Below, piece by piece: positions 17,622-25,800 of a stretch of DNA of 51,268 bases; within the stretch, counting starts at the first letter, position 1, and each line of letters opens with the position of its first letter. The notes under the pieces were generated by a model. That model searched no databases. It saw only the letters and a list, made by a program, of their open reading frames with translations, and was not told the origin of the DNA. The DNA is from a virus. Taxonomy: Duplodnaviria; Caudoviricetes. The stretch covers positions 1 through 51,268 of the IMG/VR virus record IMGVR_UViG_3300045242_000078; one strand, written 5' to 3'. A program made the translations under genes and the position numbers.

Positions 17622-19423
17622 TTGTTCACTCCGTACCGTATGCCCACTTTCTCCATGTACCCCCCGACCGTGCTCCTCAGCGTACTCTCAACCGGCGTCT
17701 CCGCTCGGCCCGTGATCGCCACCTTCGCCCGCTTGTCGGCTTCCTTCGCCCAGGTGAGGCCCATCTGCTTTAGCTTCATGATGAAGTAGCGCACGTGGTT
17801 CTCCGCCGCAATCGCAGACGCCACCGTGCAGTCATCGTGCCCGCGGCCAGAGGCGCCAAGGAAGCCGTCTTTCTCGCGCACGATGATTTTCATTTCGTCG
17901 GCGAGCAACTTGGAGTGCAGCACGGCATGCCCCTTATCGACCAGATCGCGGAAGGTGTTGAAACAGCGGTCCTTGGTCTCGGCTGAAGTTTTCCAGGCGT
18001 ACACACCGCCTCCGAATGGGCTATCGAGCCTTCGATACAGGAAGTAGCGCATATGCCCGACCACATCGCGCAGTGCCTTTCCCTGCGGCGAAGCGCCCAT
18101 AATAGCCGCCTGCCGCCGCAGGTTGTCGATTTCCCCGAGCACCGCTTCCCCCGGCCCGTTGATCTCAAGGTTGACCATCGAATTGCGGTAGCACCCGGCG
18201 ATGTAGCAAATCACCCACGCGAACTTGTACGTGGTGATTTCTGGCGTGCAGAATTCCGCCACCTGCTCGAAGCGATCGGCGTAGCAGCGGTACACTTCGA
18301 CCACGCTTCTATCCGCCCAATGCGCGCTGCCGTAGGCTGGATCCGCGCCAATCGAATAGAAGGCCGTATCGTCTGGCTGCTCCCAGATGCGAAGATGCGC
18401 CGTGCGCTCGGGACATTCCTCCACCACCGTCTGCATGAAGTCAGAACCGAAGCCAAAGCGCAGGCATTCGACGGGCGCGGGTTCCGCCTCGATCGCAGTC
18501 GCAATGTCGTGCACGCGCGTCAGGCTGAAAAAGTTTTTTCCCGTGAGGATGAAGGCCATCTCCGACGTCCAGGGCATTTCTTGTCTGGCGTAATCTTGGT
18601 CGTGAAGTTTTTCCGCAACGATCCAGCGCCACCACGCTATTTGCTCCGGTACGATGTCGAAGTCGTATTGCAACTTGACCGCTTGAGCCCACTCGTGTTC
18701 GTTGCTGGTTAGTTTTCCATCCCAATAGACTTCATATTCATTGGAATCTTTTTCTTTGCGGTATAGTTCATTGCGCCACCATCCTATGAAGATCGCTCGT
18801 TGCGTTACGGCATCTTCTGCTTCTACAAACATTTCGTGAAACAAATTAAAGCCGCGTGCAGTCGATTCCCACATCGCAAAGCGCAGCGGGTTTATTTCTG
18901 CAAGCGAAGACTGAATTGATGCAAGCGATTCTTCATCTTCCCAAGAACTGCACTCGGTTGCGTGAATGAAGGTGATGCCTTTGCCGCGTCCCTTACCGCC
19001 TTTTCGTTTCACACCGCCGCCAATCTGCATGAACATGCGTGATCCGTTTTCAAATTCGAGCATGTTGCGATTGTTGGTAAGTAACCTGAGACGGTGCGTA
19101 CGCGGCAGCCCATTGTGGAACTGCGTTAGAGTCGAGCGGAACATATCCTTATTCTCTTCCCCATCCGAGGCGAGCGTGCCCTGCATCCCCGTATACTCAT
19201 AGTGCCAAAACAAGTCAATTGCTAACTGAATGGTAGTCACCCCGAGTTGGCGAGCTTTGCAGCAAACGAAAGAATGAATGTCGTCCTCAAGCCCTCTCAC
19301 AACCTCTTGCAACAGATATTCTTGCGTGCCAAGCAATTTGTCCAGCGTGATTACGCCCTGCTCCTTGGAACTAACGGAGAGTTGATTGCAAAAAGCGCGG
19401 AACCTGCGTATGTCGAACTTCAC
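17618..19423 (-). CDS. terL: Terminase large subunit
   Basis: Walker A KARQLGVTT, Walker B FIHATE, ESTARG, nuclease IGADPAYG and GHDD; GTGA-coupled start at 19423. Confidence 0.92.
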   Translation of the reverse strand: MKFDIRRFRAFCNQLSVSSKEQGVITLDKLLGTQEYLLQEVVRGLEDDIHSFVCCKARQLGVTTIQLAIDLFWHYEYTGMQGTLASDGEENKDMFRSTLTQFHNGLPRTHRLRLLTNNRNMLEFENGSRMFMQIGGGVKRKGGKGRGKGITFIHATECSSWEDEESLASIQSSLAEINPLRFAMWESTARGFNLFHEMFVEAEDAVTQRAIFIGWWRNELYRKEKDSNEYEVYWDGKLTSNEHEWAQAVKLQYDFDIVPEQIAWWRWIVAEKLHDQDYARQEMPWTSEMAFILTGKNFFSLTRVHDIATAIEAEPAPVECLRFGFGSDFMQTVVEECPERTAHLRIWEQPDDTAFYSIGADPAYGSAHWADRSVVEVYRCYADRFEQVAEFCTPEITTYKFAWVICYIAGCYRNSMVNLEINGPGEAVLGEIDNLRRQAAIMGASPQGKALRDVVGHMRYFLYRRLDSPFGGGVYAWKTSAETKDRCFNTFRDLVDKGHAVLHSKLLADEMKIIVREKDGFLGASGRGHDDCTVASAIAAENHVRYFIMKLKQMGLTWAKEADKRAKVAITGRAETPVESTLRSTVGGYMEKVGIRYGVNK

Positions 19424-19977
19424 GCGGACGCTATGAGCGATTGAACGAACACGGAAAAATCCTTTGTGTGTTTTCTGGAGTTGCAAGACTTGCACAGCAA
19501 TTGAATGTTGCTAATGTCATTACTTCCGCCGTTTGCCATCGCAACAATGTGATCGGCTGACGGATTGCGCGTGATGTCGCAGCCGCACGCGTTGCACTTA
19601 CCATCCTGCTCTATCATCATGGACTTCAGTTGCGCCGCTGTATGCTTTCCGTTTACACCCTTGAGGAGAGCGCGACGATTGCGTGTGTACGCGGCCCTCT
19701 CTGCCGGATGCTCTTGCAAATACTTCTTGGATCTTGCTAGAAAAAATTGGTGGCGTGACAGTCTGTTCTTTTTTCGATGCGCCTTTACCTTTTCTGGGTT
19801 TTTGATATTCCACTTCTTTTTTGAGAGCGCATGTATTCCCGGATTGGCCTTGTTTCGAACACGAGCGTACTCGTTGTGGCAAGGCTTGCACATTTTATGC
19901 AAACCGTCCTTCGTCGCGCGATTGATTCCGAACGCGGATTCGTCAAATTCCTTCTTGCAGGACCAGCAGACTTTCAT
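19420..19977 (-). CDS. HNH endonuclease (McrA-like) with N-terminal Zn finger
   Basis: CxxC..F...DGL...CK.C; CNAC...DHIVAMANGGSNDISNIQLLCKSCNSRK. Confidence 0.9.
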   Translation of the reverse strand: MKVCWSCKKEFDESAFGINRATKDGLHKMCKPCHNEYARVRNKANPGIHALSKKKWNIKNPEKVKAHRKKNRLSRHQFFLARSKKYLQEHPAERAAYTRNRRALLKGVNGKHTAAQLKSMMIEQDGKCNACGCDITRNPSADHIVAMANGGSNDISNIQLLCKSCNSRKHTKDFSVFVQSLIASA

Positions 19978-20234
19978 CCCGTAATCGCGCTAACTCGCAC
20001 GCGTGCCCACCGCGCCTGCGGTTCTTTCTCGATCACGCCCTCGCGCTCAAGCAAGTCCGCGCACTCCTGCACGTGCGTCCGGTTCAAGCCGATGTCTTTC
20101 GATGCGCGCGCCCGCCAGCCGCCTGTGACCATGCAGTCCTCGCCCATCTTGCACAAGAGCCACCAAAGCAATTTATGGCAACCCGCATTGAGCTTCAAGC
20201 GGTAGATCGGTTTTGCTTCGACGCCGATGGTCAC
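19974..20234 (-). CDS. Winged-helix DNA-binding protein (possible terminase small subunit or regulator)
   Basis: ASKDIGLNRTHVQECADLLEREGVIE wHTH pattern; upstream of terL. Confidence 0.5.
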   Translation of the reverse strand: MTIGVEAKPIYRLKLNAGCHKLLWWLLCKMGEDCMVTGGWRARASKDIGLNRTHVQECADLLEREGVIEKEPQARWARVRVSAITG

Positions 20235-20235
20235 G

Positions 20236-20481
20236 TCAATATTCCGGCCACACTTCAATCTGCCCGTGCTTCTCAATCAAGTGGATTAGTTTCTTGTACG
20301 GATTTTCTTTGTTGTCCCCAAATACTCCAGCCATTGCATTGAGAGCAACAATGTGAGTCTCATTGAGGCGAAACGGCCTGTCGCCAAAAGCGTTTTCCAT
20401 TGCTTCCAGAAACGCACTCGGACAACTAACGCCAAGACTATCTGCGCCCTTAGTCGGACGATACATGATTGACGCACTCAT
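20236..20481 (-). CDS. Hypothetical protein
   Basis: TAATG-coupled. Confidence 0.6.
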   Translation of the reverse strand: MSASIMYRPTKGADSLGVSCPSAFLEAMENAFGDRPFRLNETHIVALNAMAGVFGDNKENPYKKLIHLIEKHGQIEVWPEY

Positions 20482-20738
20482 TATTCAGGACTACTCCGCG
20501 CCAGTTCCATCAGTGCAACGCTTAGCGGCGTCGTTTTGTAAATCTGCGTGATAAGCCCAGGCACGAATGCTTTTCGAGAGATTTCGAAAATGTCTTGAAC
20601 GATCTTTCTTTCGTAATAATTGATCGCCAGCGTTTCCTCAAACGTTGGCAGGACAATACGCATCAGCGACTCGGCGCGTACGATAGCTGGTGCTGCGCCA
20701 AGCGCCAGGATGGAAGACATAAAGCCGCGCCGGTTCAT
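20481..20738 (-). CDS. 85-aa twin-arginine-signal protein with capsid-N-terminus-like C-terminal segment
   Basis: MNRRGFMSSILALGAAPAIVRA signal; ATGA and TAATG coupling on both sides; residues 49-77 align to capsid residues 47-75. Confidence 0.75.
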   Translation of the reverse strand: MNRRGFMSSILALGAAPAIVRAESLMRIVLPTFEETLAINYYERKIVQDIFEISRKAFVPGLITQIYKTTPLSVALMELARSSPE

Positions 20739-20950
20739 CCGCGAGACACCGGCCAATACCCCCACACAAGCAGAACCAATGCCAGTATCCAATGCCCGTA
20801 GAACAACAGCAGCAGGACGGCCAGCAGCGGCAACGAAAGAATCAGCAACACCAGAATAAAATTGTTCACGGCGTATATTCTCCCATTGCCAACGCGAACA
20901 GCAGAAACAACGGAAGAACGATATGCCCGTGAGCGAGCAGCAATCCACAC
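20735..20950 (-). CDS. Small membrane protein (start may be downstream GTG)
   Basis: Two strongly hydrophobic segments. Confidence 0.5.
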   Translation of the reverse strand: MWIAARSRAYRSSVVSAVRVGNGRIYAVNNFILVLLILSLPLLAVLLLLFYGHWILALVLLVWGYWPVSRG

Positions 20951-20978
20951 AACACGGCAATCACGACTCCAGCACAGT

Positions 20979-21188
20979 TCATTGCTTTTCCTCCCTGTAT
21001 TTTCCTTTTATGTGCGCGTTAAAGTGTTTCCCTTTGGAACCCGACCTAAGAAATTCAAGAAACGTATCAAGCGGCACGCCAGAGTAGCGCCACGTGGGAC
21101 CTGAGCGGAACGTGATATCAAGGTCGAGTGTATTCTTGTCGTAGCCGTAGGCCGAGAGCAACGAACTTGAGCAGCCGTGCATTTTCAC
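20979..21188 (-). CDS. KTSC-domain protein
   Basis: SS.L...GYD....L.I.F.SG..W.Y.GVP.....F....SKGK.FN..IK. Confidence 0.85.
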   Translation of the reverse strand: MKMHGCSSSLLSAYGYDKNTLDLDITFRSGPTWRYSGVPLDTFLEFLRSGSKGKHFNAHIKGKYREEKQ

Positions 21189-21192
21189 GGCA

Positions 21193-21471
21193 CTACCCGA
21201 TTTCCTCGAACAGCAATTGCAACTGCGCCGCCGACTGCGCTTTCTTTTTCACGGCATCGGTGCAGCGCGCGACGATGTACTGCGATAGCACGCCGGGAAT
21301 GATGCCGCACGTCAGAGCAGCAACCTGTATCGCGTTGTTGAACGTGGTTTGCGCATCGATCTTGCGCAGACACGCCTGTTCCAGTTCATCAATTGATCCG
21401 CGCAGCGCCGTGATGTTGATGCCGGCAGCCAGGGCGCGCACCTGCGTCCTATCGCTCGTTTCCATGTCCAT
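21193..21471 (-). CDS. Hypothetical helical protein
   Basis: AGGAGG SD; QLQLLFEE C-terminus. Confidence 0.6.
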   Translation of the reverse strand: MDMETSDRTQVRALAAGINITALRGSIDELEQACLRKIDAQTTFNNAIQVAALTCGIIPGVLSQYIVARCTDAVKKKAQSAAQLQLLFEEIG

Positions 21472-21484
21472 GCTCACCCTCCTT

Positions 21485-22000
21485 TCAAAAAGGCAACTCG
21501 TCGTGAATCTTCGGACCGAGCACAATCGGAGGCTGCGGCGCAGGCTTTCCCTCTGCCGTTAAAGCCACCGCGAGCGCACTCCACCGATCAGCCTTGATTC
21601 CGTACAGCGGTCCTGGCGAGCGCTTGAGCCCGATCGCCGCCGCCTGCCCACCGTAGCGATCGATAATCGCGGCGCGAATGTTGCTATCTGACGCTTTCGA
21701 CGATTCGCACAAAAACTGCTTCACCTCGCGCCGGTAGATCAAACGTACCACTCCCCCGCGCCGATCCCACGCCTCGGCAAAGCGGCCGATCCATTTCACG
21801 GTCTCGAAAATCTCCCGCCCGACCGCCATCCCCATGCTGGCGATGTCCTCGATCGCAAGCACCGGCCCTTGCATCCACTCCCCGCGCAAGCGCTTGAGCA
21901 CCTGCGCGTTGACCTCCTTCGCGTGACTGTGCGGCACCCCGTCGCCGAGCACCACCCACGCCGACTCAGTTGTGCCAGGGTCAAGCCCGATGACGATCAC
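21485..22000 (-). CDS. RuvC-like Holliday junction resolvase
   Basis: IGLDPG, VLAIE, GRF.E, D.WSALAVA acidic motifs; GGAGG SD before GTG. Confidence 0.8.
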   Translation of the reverse strand: MIVIGLDPGTTESAWVVLGDGVPHSHAKEVNAQVLKRLRGEWMQGPVLAIEDIASMGMAVGREIFETVKWIGRFAEAWDRRGGVVRLIYRREVKQFLCESSKASDSNIRAAIIDRYGGQAAAIGLKRSPGPLYGIKADRWSALAVALTAEGKPAPQPPIVLGPKIHDELPF

Positions 22001-22078
22001 GCCAAGCCTCCATCCGTTCCCCGGACCGTCAGTTCGGCCGCTTCGAGGGTGGTGAGCCACCGGGGAGGTTCTGAGAAG

Positions 22079-22118
22079 TTATCCACAGGCAACCCTGCTA
22101 TCCGCCGAGTTATCCACA
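22079..22118 (+). promoter_or_regulatory. Two perfect DnaA boxes (TTATCCACA) in direct repeat
   Basis: AGTTATCCACAGG twice, 31 bp apart, in intergenic DNA. Confidence 0.7.
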
Positions 22119-22154
22119 GGTGGGTGAAATGACCCACTGGGTCAAATGCCCCAC

Positions 22155-22574
22155 CTACCCGTTGAACGTCCTGCCGGCAAGCGGACCGACCGGCCCCACC
22201 CGCGGCTGCTCCTCCGCCGCCACCCGCGCCCCGGCGAGCTGCTGCCACACCGAGTAGCGCGCCGTCCGGGCCGCCTGCAAGCGCAACTGCCGGTTCAACC
22301 CGTCGTCGTCAGGCAAAGGCTCGACCAGGCCGCGCGCCTCCGAAACAGCCAAGAGGGCCGTCGCTACATCCAAAGCGTGGACCGCAATGTCCCGAGGATT
22401 GTCCTCGGTCCCGAGCTCGACCCCCTCGGCCACCACGTTCGCGTACAGAGGCGACTTGAGGAAGTCCACCGCCAGCCTTACCCTCAGGTCCAGCATAGCC
22501 CCAGTCCCAAACCCCTCCAAGACGTTGCTAGGATAATCCATACCATCCCTTATTCCACCCCTATCCTTGTCCAT
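22155..22574 (-). CDS. Hypothetical protein
   Basis: ORF packed in operon. Confidence 0.55.
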   Translation of the reverse strand: MDKDRGGIRDGMDYPSNVLEGFGTGAMLDLRVRLAVDFLKSPLYANVVAEGVELGTEDNPRDIAVHALDVATALLAVSEARGLVEPLPDDDGLNRQLRLQAARTARYSVWQQLAGARVAAEEQPRVGPVGPLAGRTFNG

Positions 22575-22776
22575 CCCCTACCCCTCCCTTAGTCCTACCC
22601 CTAGGCCTACCTACACCACGCCCTGCCTTGACTCGTCCAGTCCTGATCCTGGACTCCTTGATCTTCCTCGCGTAGCACCCCTTGCAGTACGCCGCCAGCC
22701 CGTCCGATAGCGTCTCGTTCCGACCGAACGCCGTCTCCTTCAACTCCCGCTCGCAGGATGGACACCACTTGCTCAT
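22561..22776 (-). CDS. Stand-alone HNH-type Zn finger plus AT-hook-like tail
   Basis: CPSC...FG.N....DGL...CKGC; GRPRGR. Confidence 0.65.
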   Translation of the reverse strand: MSKWCPSCERELKETAFGRNETLSDGLAAYCKGCYARKIKESRIRTGRVKAGRGVGRPRGRTKGGVGDGQG

Positions 22777-23111
22777 GCCTCGGCCGGATCCGGTTCATCC
22801 TTCGCCCCAGGCTGGTACGGGCGCCACTTCCACAGCGGGCAGCGCAATACCCGGCAGTGCGTGATTTCCTCCCGCTGCCAGCACGAACAGTCCAGGCACT
22901 TCGCCCGAATCGCGTTTAGCGGCGAACCGTCACCCTCAAATGCTTTCTCGCAGATGCTGCGCGCAGATATCGGAATTTGTTCAACATATTCATTCACTTT
23001 CGCCTGATCTTCCGGCGATCTCGGCTTCCTCCACGCATGCTCCGGCTTGATTCCGGCCGCCCGCATCGCAGCACGCTTCTCCTGCGCTTTCTTCAATCCT
23101 TCGTTCGTCAT
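22773..23111 (-). CDS. Cys-rich hypothetical protein
   Basis: SPL.AIRAKCLDC......I..C....CPLW.WRP motif. Confidence 0.65.
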   Translation of the reverse strand: MTNEGLKKAQEKRAAMRAAGIKPEHAWRKPRSPEDQAKVNEYVEQIPISARSICEKAFEGDGSPLNAIRAKCLDCSCWQREEITHCRVLRCPLWKWRPYQPGAKDEPDPAEA

Positions 23112-23959
23112 GCCAGACCCCTTTCGGCCTCCCCGTGGCCCAAAGCTGAACATTCCCGGAGCGCGGGCGTGAACCCGGCTGGGTCAATGGGTACGAGGAG
23201 GTCGGTAAGGTTCAAGCAAGTGCTCCTTTCGGCCGTTCAGAGCCTGAAAATGACTTTACCGCCGCGCTCAAGCAAAAGTCAAGGAGAAACATGCGTCAGA
23301 ATCCACGGACGATGTAGGACACAGAAAATAGCGCCACCAATCCGACGGCACATTGTTCAATGTGCCGAATTTGTAACAAGCACCCTTCCTAACGCCTTTC
23401 CCCTACTCCAGAACAGACCACTCCAACCTTTCCCGCAAAACAGCAGAAAAAAATGGGGGAGGGAGGAAGGCGAGGCACGCGCGCACGCCGCCCTCAGACC
23501 CATCTGGCCAGGCGCCCGGCAGCCGCGACGGCCTGACCGACCAGCCAGCAGCCAGCCCGGCGCCCAGGCTGACATCGAGTTCGCCGCCGACGCCCTCTGG
23601 CCGCCTGCACCTAGACGCGGCCGGCCAGGTTGACCGATCGCCCGATCGCCCTTTTTAGCCCAGATGGCGGGTAAAGTGGCGGGTAGGAGGCGTGATAAAC
23701 AGACTTATTCAATGTAATCAATTAAGTTTGGCAGAGAGTGAGTCCGCATAACCGTAATTCGGGCTATTGTGCGCCGCAGCAGACAATCCGCCGGCCGACC
23801 TCGGACCCGATCGCCTGGAGGGGGTGTCGAAAGTTCGACAGGACAGCCAAAAATGATGACTATGAGTAGCGCAGTTCAAGGCTGCCGCCTCTGAACCGGC
23901 GGTTAATGACCCTGCGGTCAGTTTGTCGATGCGGTCCTGATCTGATCTGGTCGCACGGA

Positions 23960-24081
23960 TTGCGCACGGGGACTGCGCACAAGCGCACGGGTACTATGTA
24001 TACCCGTGTGCGCACTTGTGCGCATTGCTTTGTCCTGCGCACATGTGCGCAGTTTGTGCGCAGTTTGTGCGCATGTGCGCA
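23960..24081. repeat. TGCGCA iteron-like cluster, putative replication origin
   Basis: Nine TGCGCA palindromes in ~120 bp directly after the helicase stop, plus ACGGGTA/TACCCGT inverted repeat. Confidence 0.7.
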
Positions 24082-24083
24082 GG

Positions 24084-25253
24084 CTAGTTTATCCACCAGA
24101 AACCGGCTTCGGTGCTGGCGATTCTTGTGGCTTGAAGATCGTTCTGTGCGCGGTTAAAAGCCATGCGTCTGGTGTTGGCTTGCTTGCGTGATTCTTCCTT
24201 GCTAAGTTTTTGACTTATTGGACGAATACGGTAATAGACTGACATCCAATGATCGACCTGCACGGCACGCGCGCCGGCTGGCAGGACTGAGGTTGCCGGC
24301 AGAATCTCGCCGTGTTCCTCAATGGCGGTCTTGAGGGCATCGAAACCAACTTGTGCGCAGTTGGAGAGTTTGACTGGTTTGCTGCGCACAAACGGGCTGT
24401 TTTCGAGGTTGTGCGCAACGAGGCAAGTTGTGCGCATTTCGCCGTCCGAATCCAGGCCGATTTCGATGACTTCGAGCCTGAAGGGAAAGACGTCGGAGTC
24501 GATTCCGTCGCGGACCTTCTCTACAGTGGCTACTTTGGCCTCAACCCGGATAACGACATCAGCAGCGGCCCGAAGGGAGGAATTTCCGCGCATTCCCTTG
24601 TTTCTATCCTTTCCCGAGTGGTGAACGATCAGGGTTCCAGCGCCGAATGTGGCCCGGATTTCGTCGGACGCGGCGATAACGCGGCTCATATCGTCGGTTT
24701 TGTTTTCGTCTCCGCCCGGCATGGAACGGCTGAGCGTGTCGAACACCGCCAGCGCGATTGGTATCCCCGCTTCCTTGGAAATGTCGCGCAATTCCTCAAT
24801 CAACGCGCCTACCGCCTCAACGTTCAGCAGGTTCGTGCCGCGGGTGAGGATTACTAGCGGGGTTCTAGGCGCCAGATCGCCTACATGACGGGAACGCCAC
24901 GCAATGAACCGGCGCAGGACGCCAGCCCCGGCCTCGGCGGCGACGTACACCACCAGGCCCAGCTTGACGCGCCGGCCGCGCCAGGGCGAACCGGTGGCGA
25001 TGCTGTAGGCCATATCAATGGTGAAAAACGTCTTACCGTCCCCGGATGGACCATAAATGACGTGACAGGCGGCGCGCTCGATCAACCCTTTAATGAGATA
25101 ATCGGCATCGAGGCTGAGGGCGGCATCGTCCACCCAAACGCGATATGGGTGCTTATCCTCGCCGTTGCCGCCGGGAGTGTTGCGCTTTTTCTGCCAGCGA
25201 TTGAGGGCTTCCTCATCCCGATCCGGCCCCGGCGGCGCCTGTTCATCGCTCAT
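24084..25253 (-). CDS. RepA-like (AAA_25) SF4 replicative helicase
   Basis: GPSGDGKT Walker A, VVYVAAE, AVFDTL, IVHHSGKD..KG.RG.SSL. Confidence 0.88.
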   Translation of the reverse strand: MSDEQAPPGPDRDEEALNRWQKKRNTPGGNGEDKHPYRVWVDDAALSLDADYLIKGLIERAACHVIYGPSGDGKTFFTIDMAYSIATGSPWRGRRVKLGLVVYVAAEAGAGVLRRFIAWRSRHVGDLAPRTPLVILTRGTNLLNVEAVGALIEELRDISKEAGIPIALAVFDTLSRSMPGGDENKTDDMSRVIAASDEIRATFGAGTLIVHHSGKDRNKGMRGNSSLRAAADVVIRVEAKVATVEKVRDGIDSDVFPFRLEVIEIGLDSDGEMRTTCLVAHNLENSPFVRSKPVKLSNCAQVGFDALKTAIEEHGEILPATSVLPAGARAVQVDHWMSVYYRIRPISQKLSKEESRKQANTRRMAFNRAQNDLQATRIASTEAGFWWIN

Positions 25254-25665
25254 AGGCGGCCTGGGCGATCCCGTTCAGGCGCTCCACGGCCTTGAACAGC
25301 CTTTCATAGTCCGACTCGCTTACTGTGCGCTGTTTGTGCAGTTCGGCCGCGATGACAGCAGCGACGCCGATCTCGCGCCGCGCGATGTCGAATACATCGG
25401 ACGGAAAAAACGGCGGGCGCCTGCCTGGGTGATTGACCGGCAGCCGGTCGGGGAACAAATCCTCAAACGTCAGATCGACGGCTTCGAGCACCGCCTGCAC
25501 TTCGCAGCCGGCGAAACAGTGCGCCAGCACCAGGCCGTTACCGGCGTAGGTGATTTTCAAGCTCGGCGATTTATCGGCGTGCGCCGGGCAGCGCGCCATC
25601 CACGTATCGCGTCCGGTGTTGCGAACACCTTGCAGGCGCGACAGCAGCAAATCCACGTTTGCCAT
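25243..25665 (-). CDS. Primase Zn-finger (CHC2-like) protein without TOPRIM
   Basis: ARCPAH.DKSPSL...HCFAGC. Confidence 0.8.
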   Translation of the reverse strand: MANVDLLLSRLQGVRNTGRDTWMARCPAHADKSPSLKITYAGNGLVLAHCFAGCEVQAVLEAVDLTFEDLFPDRLPVNHPGRRPPFFPSDVFDIARREIGVAAVIAAELHKQRTVSESDYERLFKAVERLNGIAQAAYER

Positions 25666-25764
25666 GTACCCCTCCTACCAAGGAAGGGGCGAGTCCCCGC
25701 GGCGTGGTAGGCACCGCGGGGGCGGGTCTCGTCCTAGTCTGGGGCTGGCCGGCCCCACACTTAA

Positions 25765-25793
25765 ATCCTAATCCACGCACGCCAGAAAATCAA
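25765..25793 (-). promoter_or_regulatory. Putative promoter TTGATT-17-TAGGAT for replication genes
   Basis: Near-consensus hexamers with 17-bp spacer, upstream of a structured leader. Confidence 0.6.
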
Positions 25794-25800
25794 CCCGCAA

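Noticed and set aside
231-19984. Numerous long plus-strand ORFs opposite the structural genes
   Set aside because: Antisense shadows expected in GC-rich coding DNA; no SD signals or recognisable motifs.
20739-20960. Cys-rich N-terminal extension of the 159-aa ORF in the track
   Set aside because: It overlaps a more plausible membrane-protein ORF in another frame; the ATGA junction supports the start at 20738.
23112-23250. Hammerhead-like ribozyme in a leader containing two GGCCGAAAGG motifs
   Set aside because: The CUGAnGA core is absent (CUGAACG); only GAAA tetraloop hairpins can be supported.
23725-23800. tRNA gene
   Set aside because: Only a ~10-nt 3'-end-like match; no T-loop GTTCGA in register and no cloverleaf.
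23960-24081. CRISPR array
   Set aside because: Repeats are 6-11 bp with irregular, very short spacing; no 25-45 bp repeat/spacer periodicity and no cas genes.
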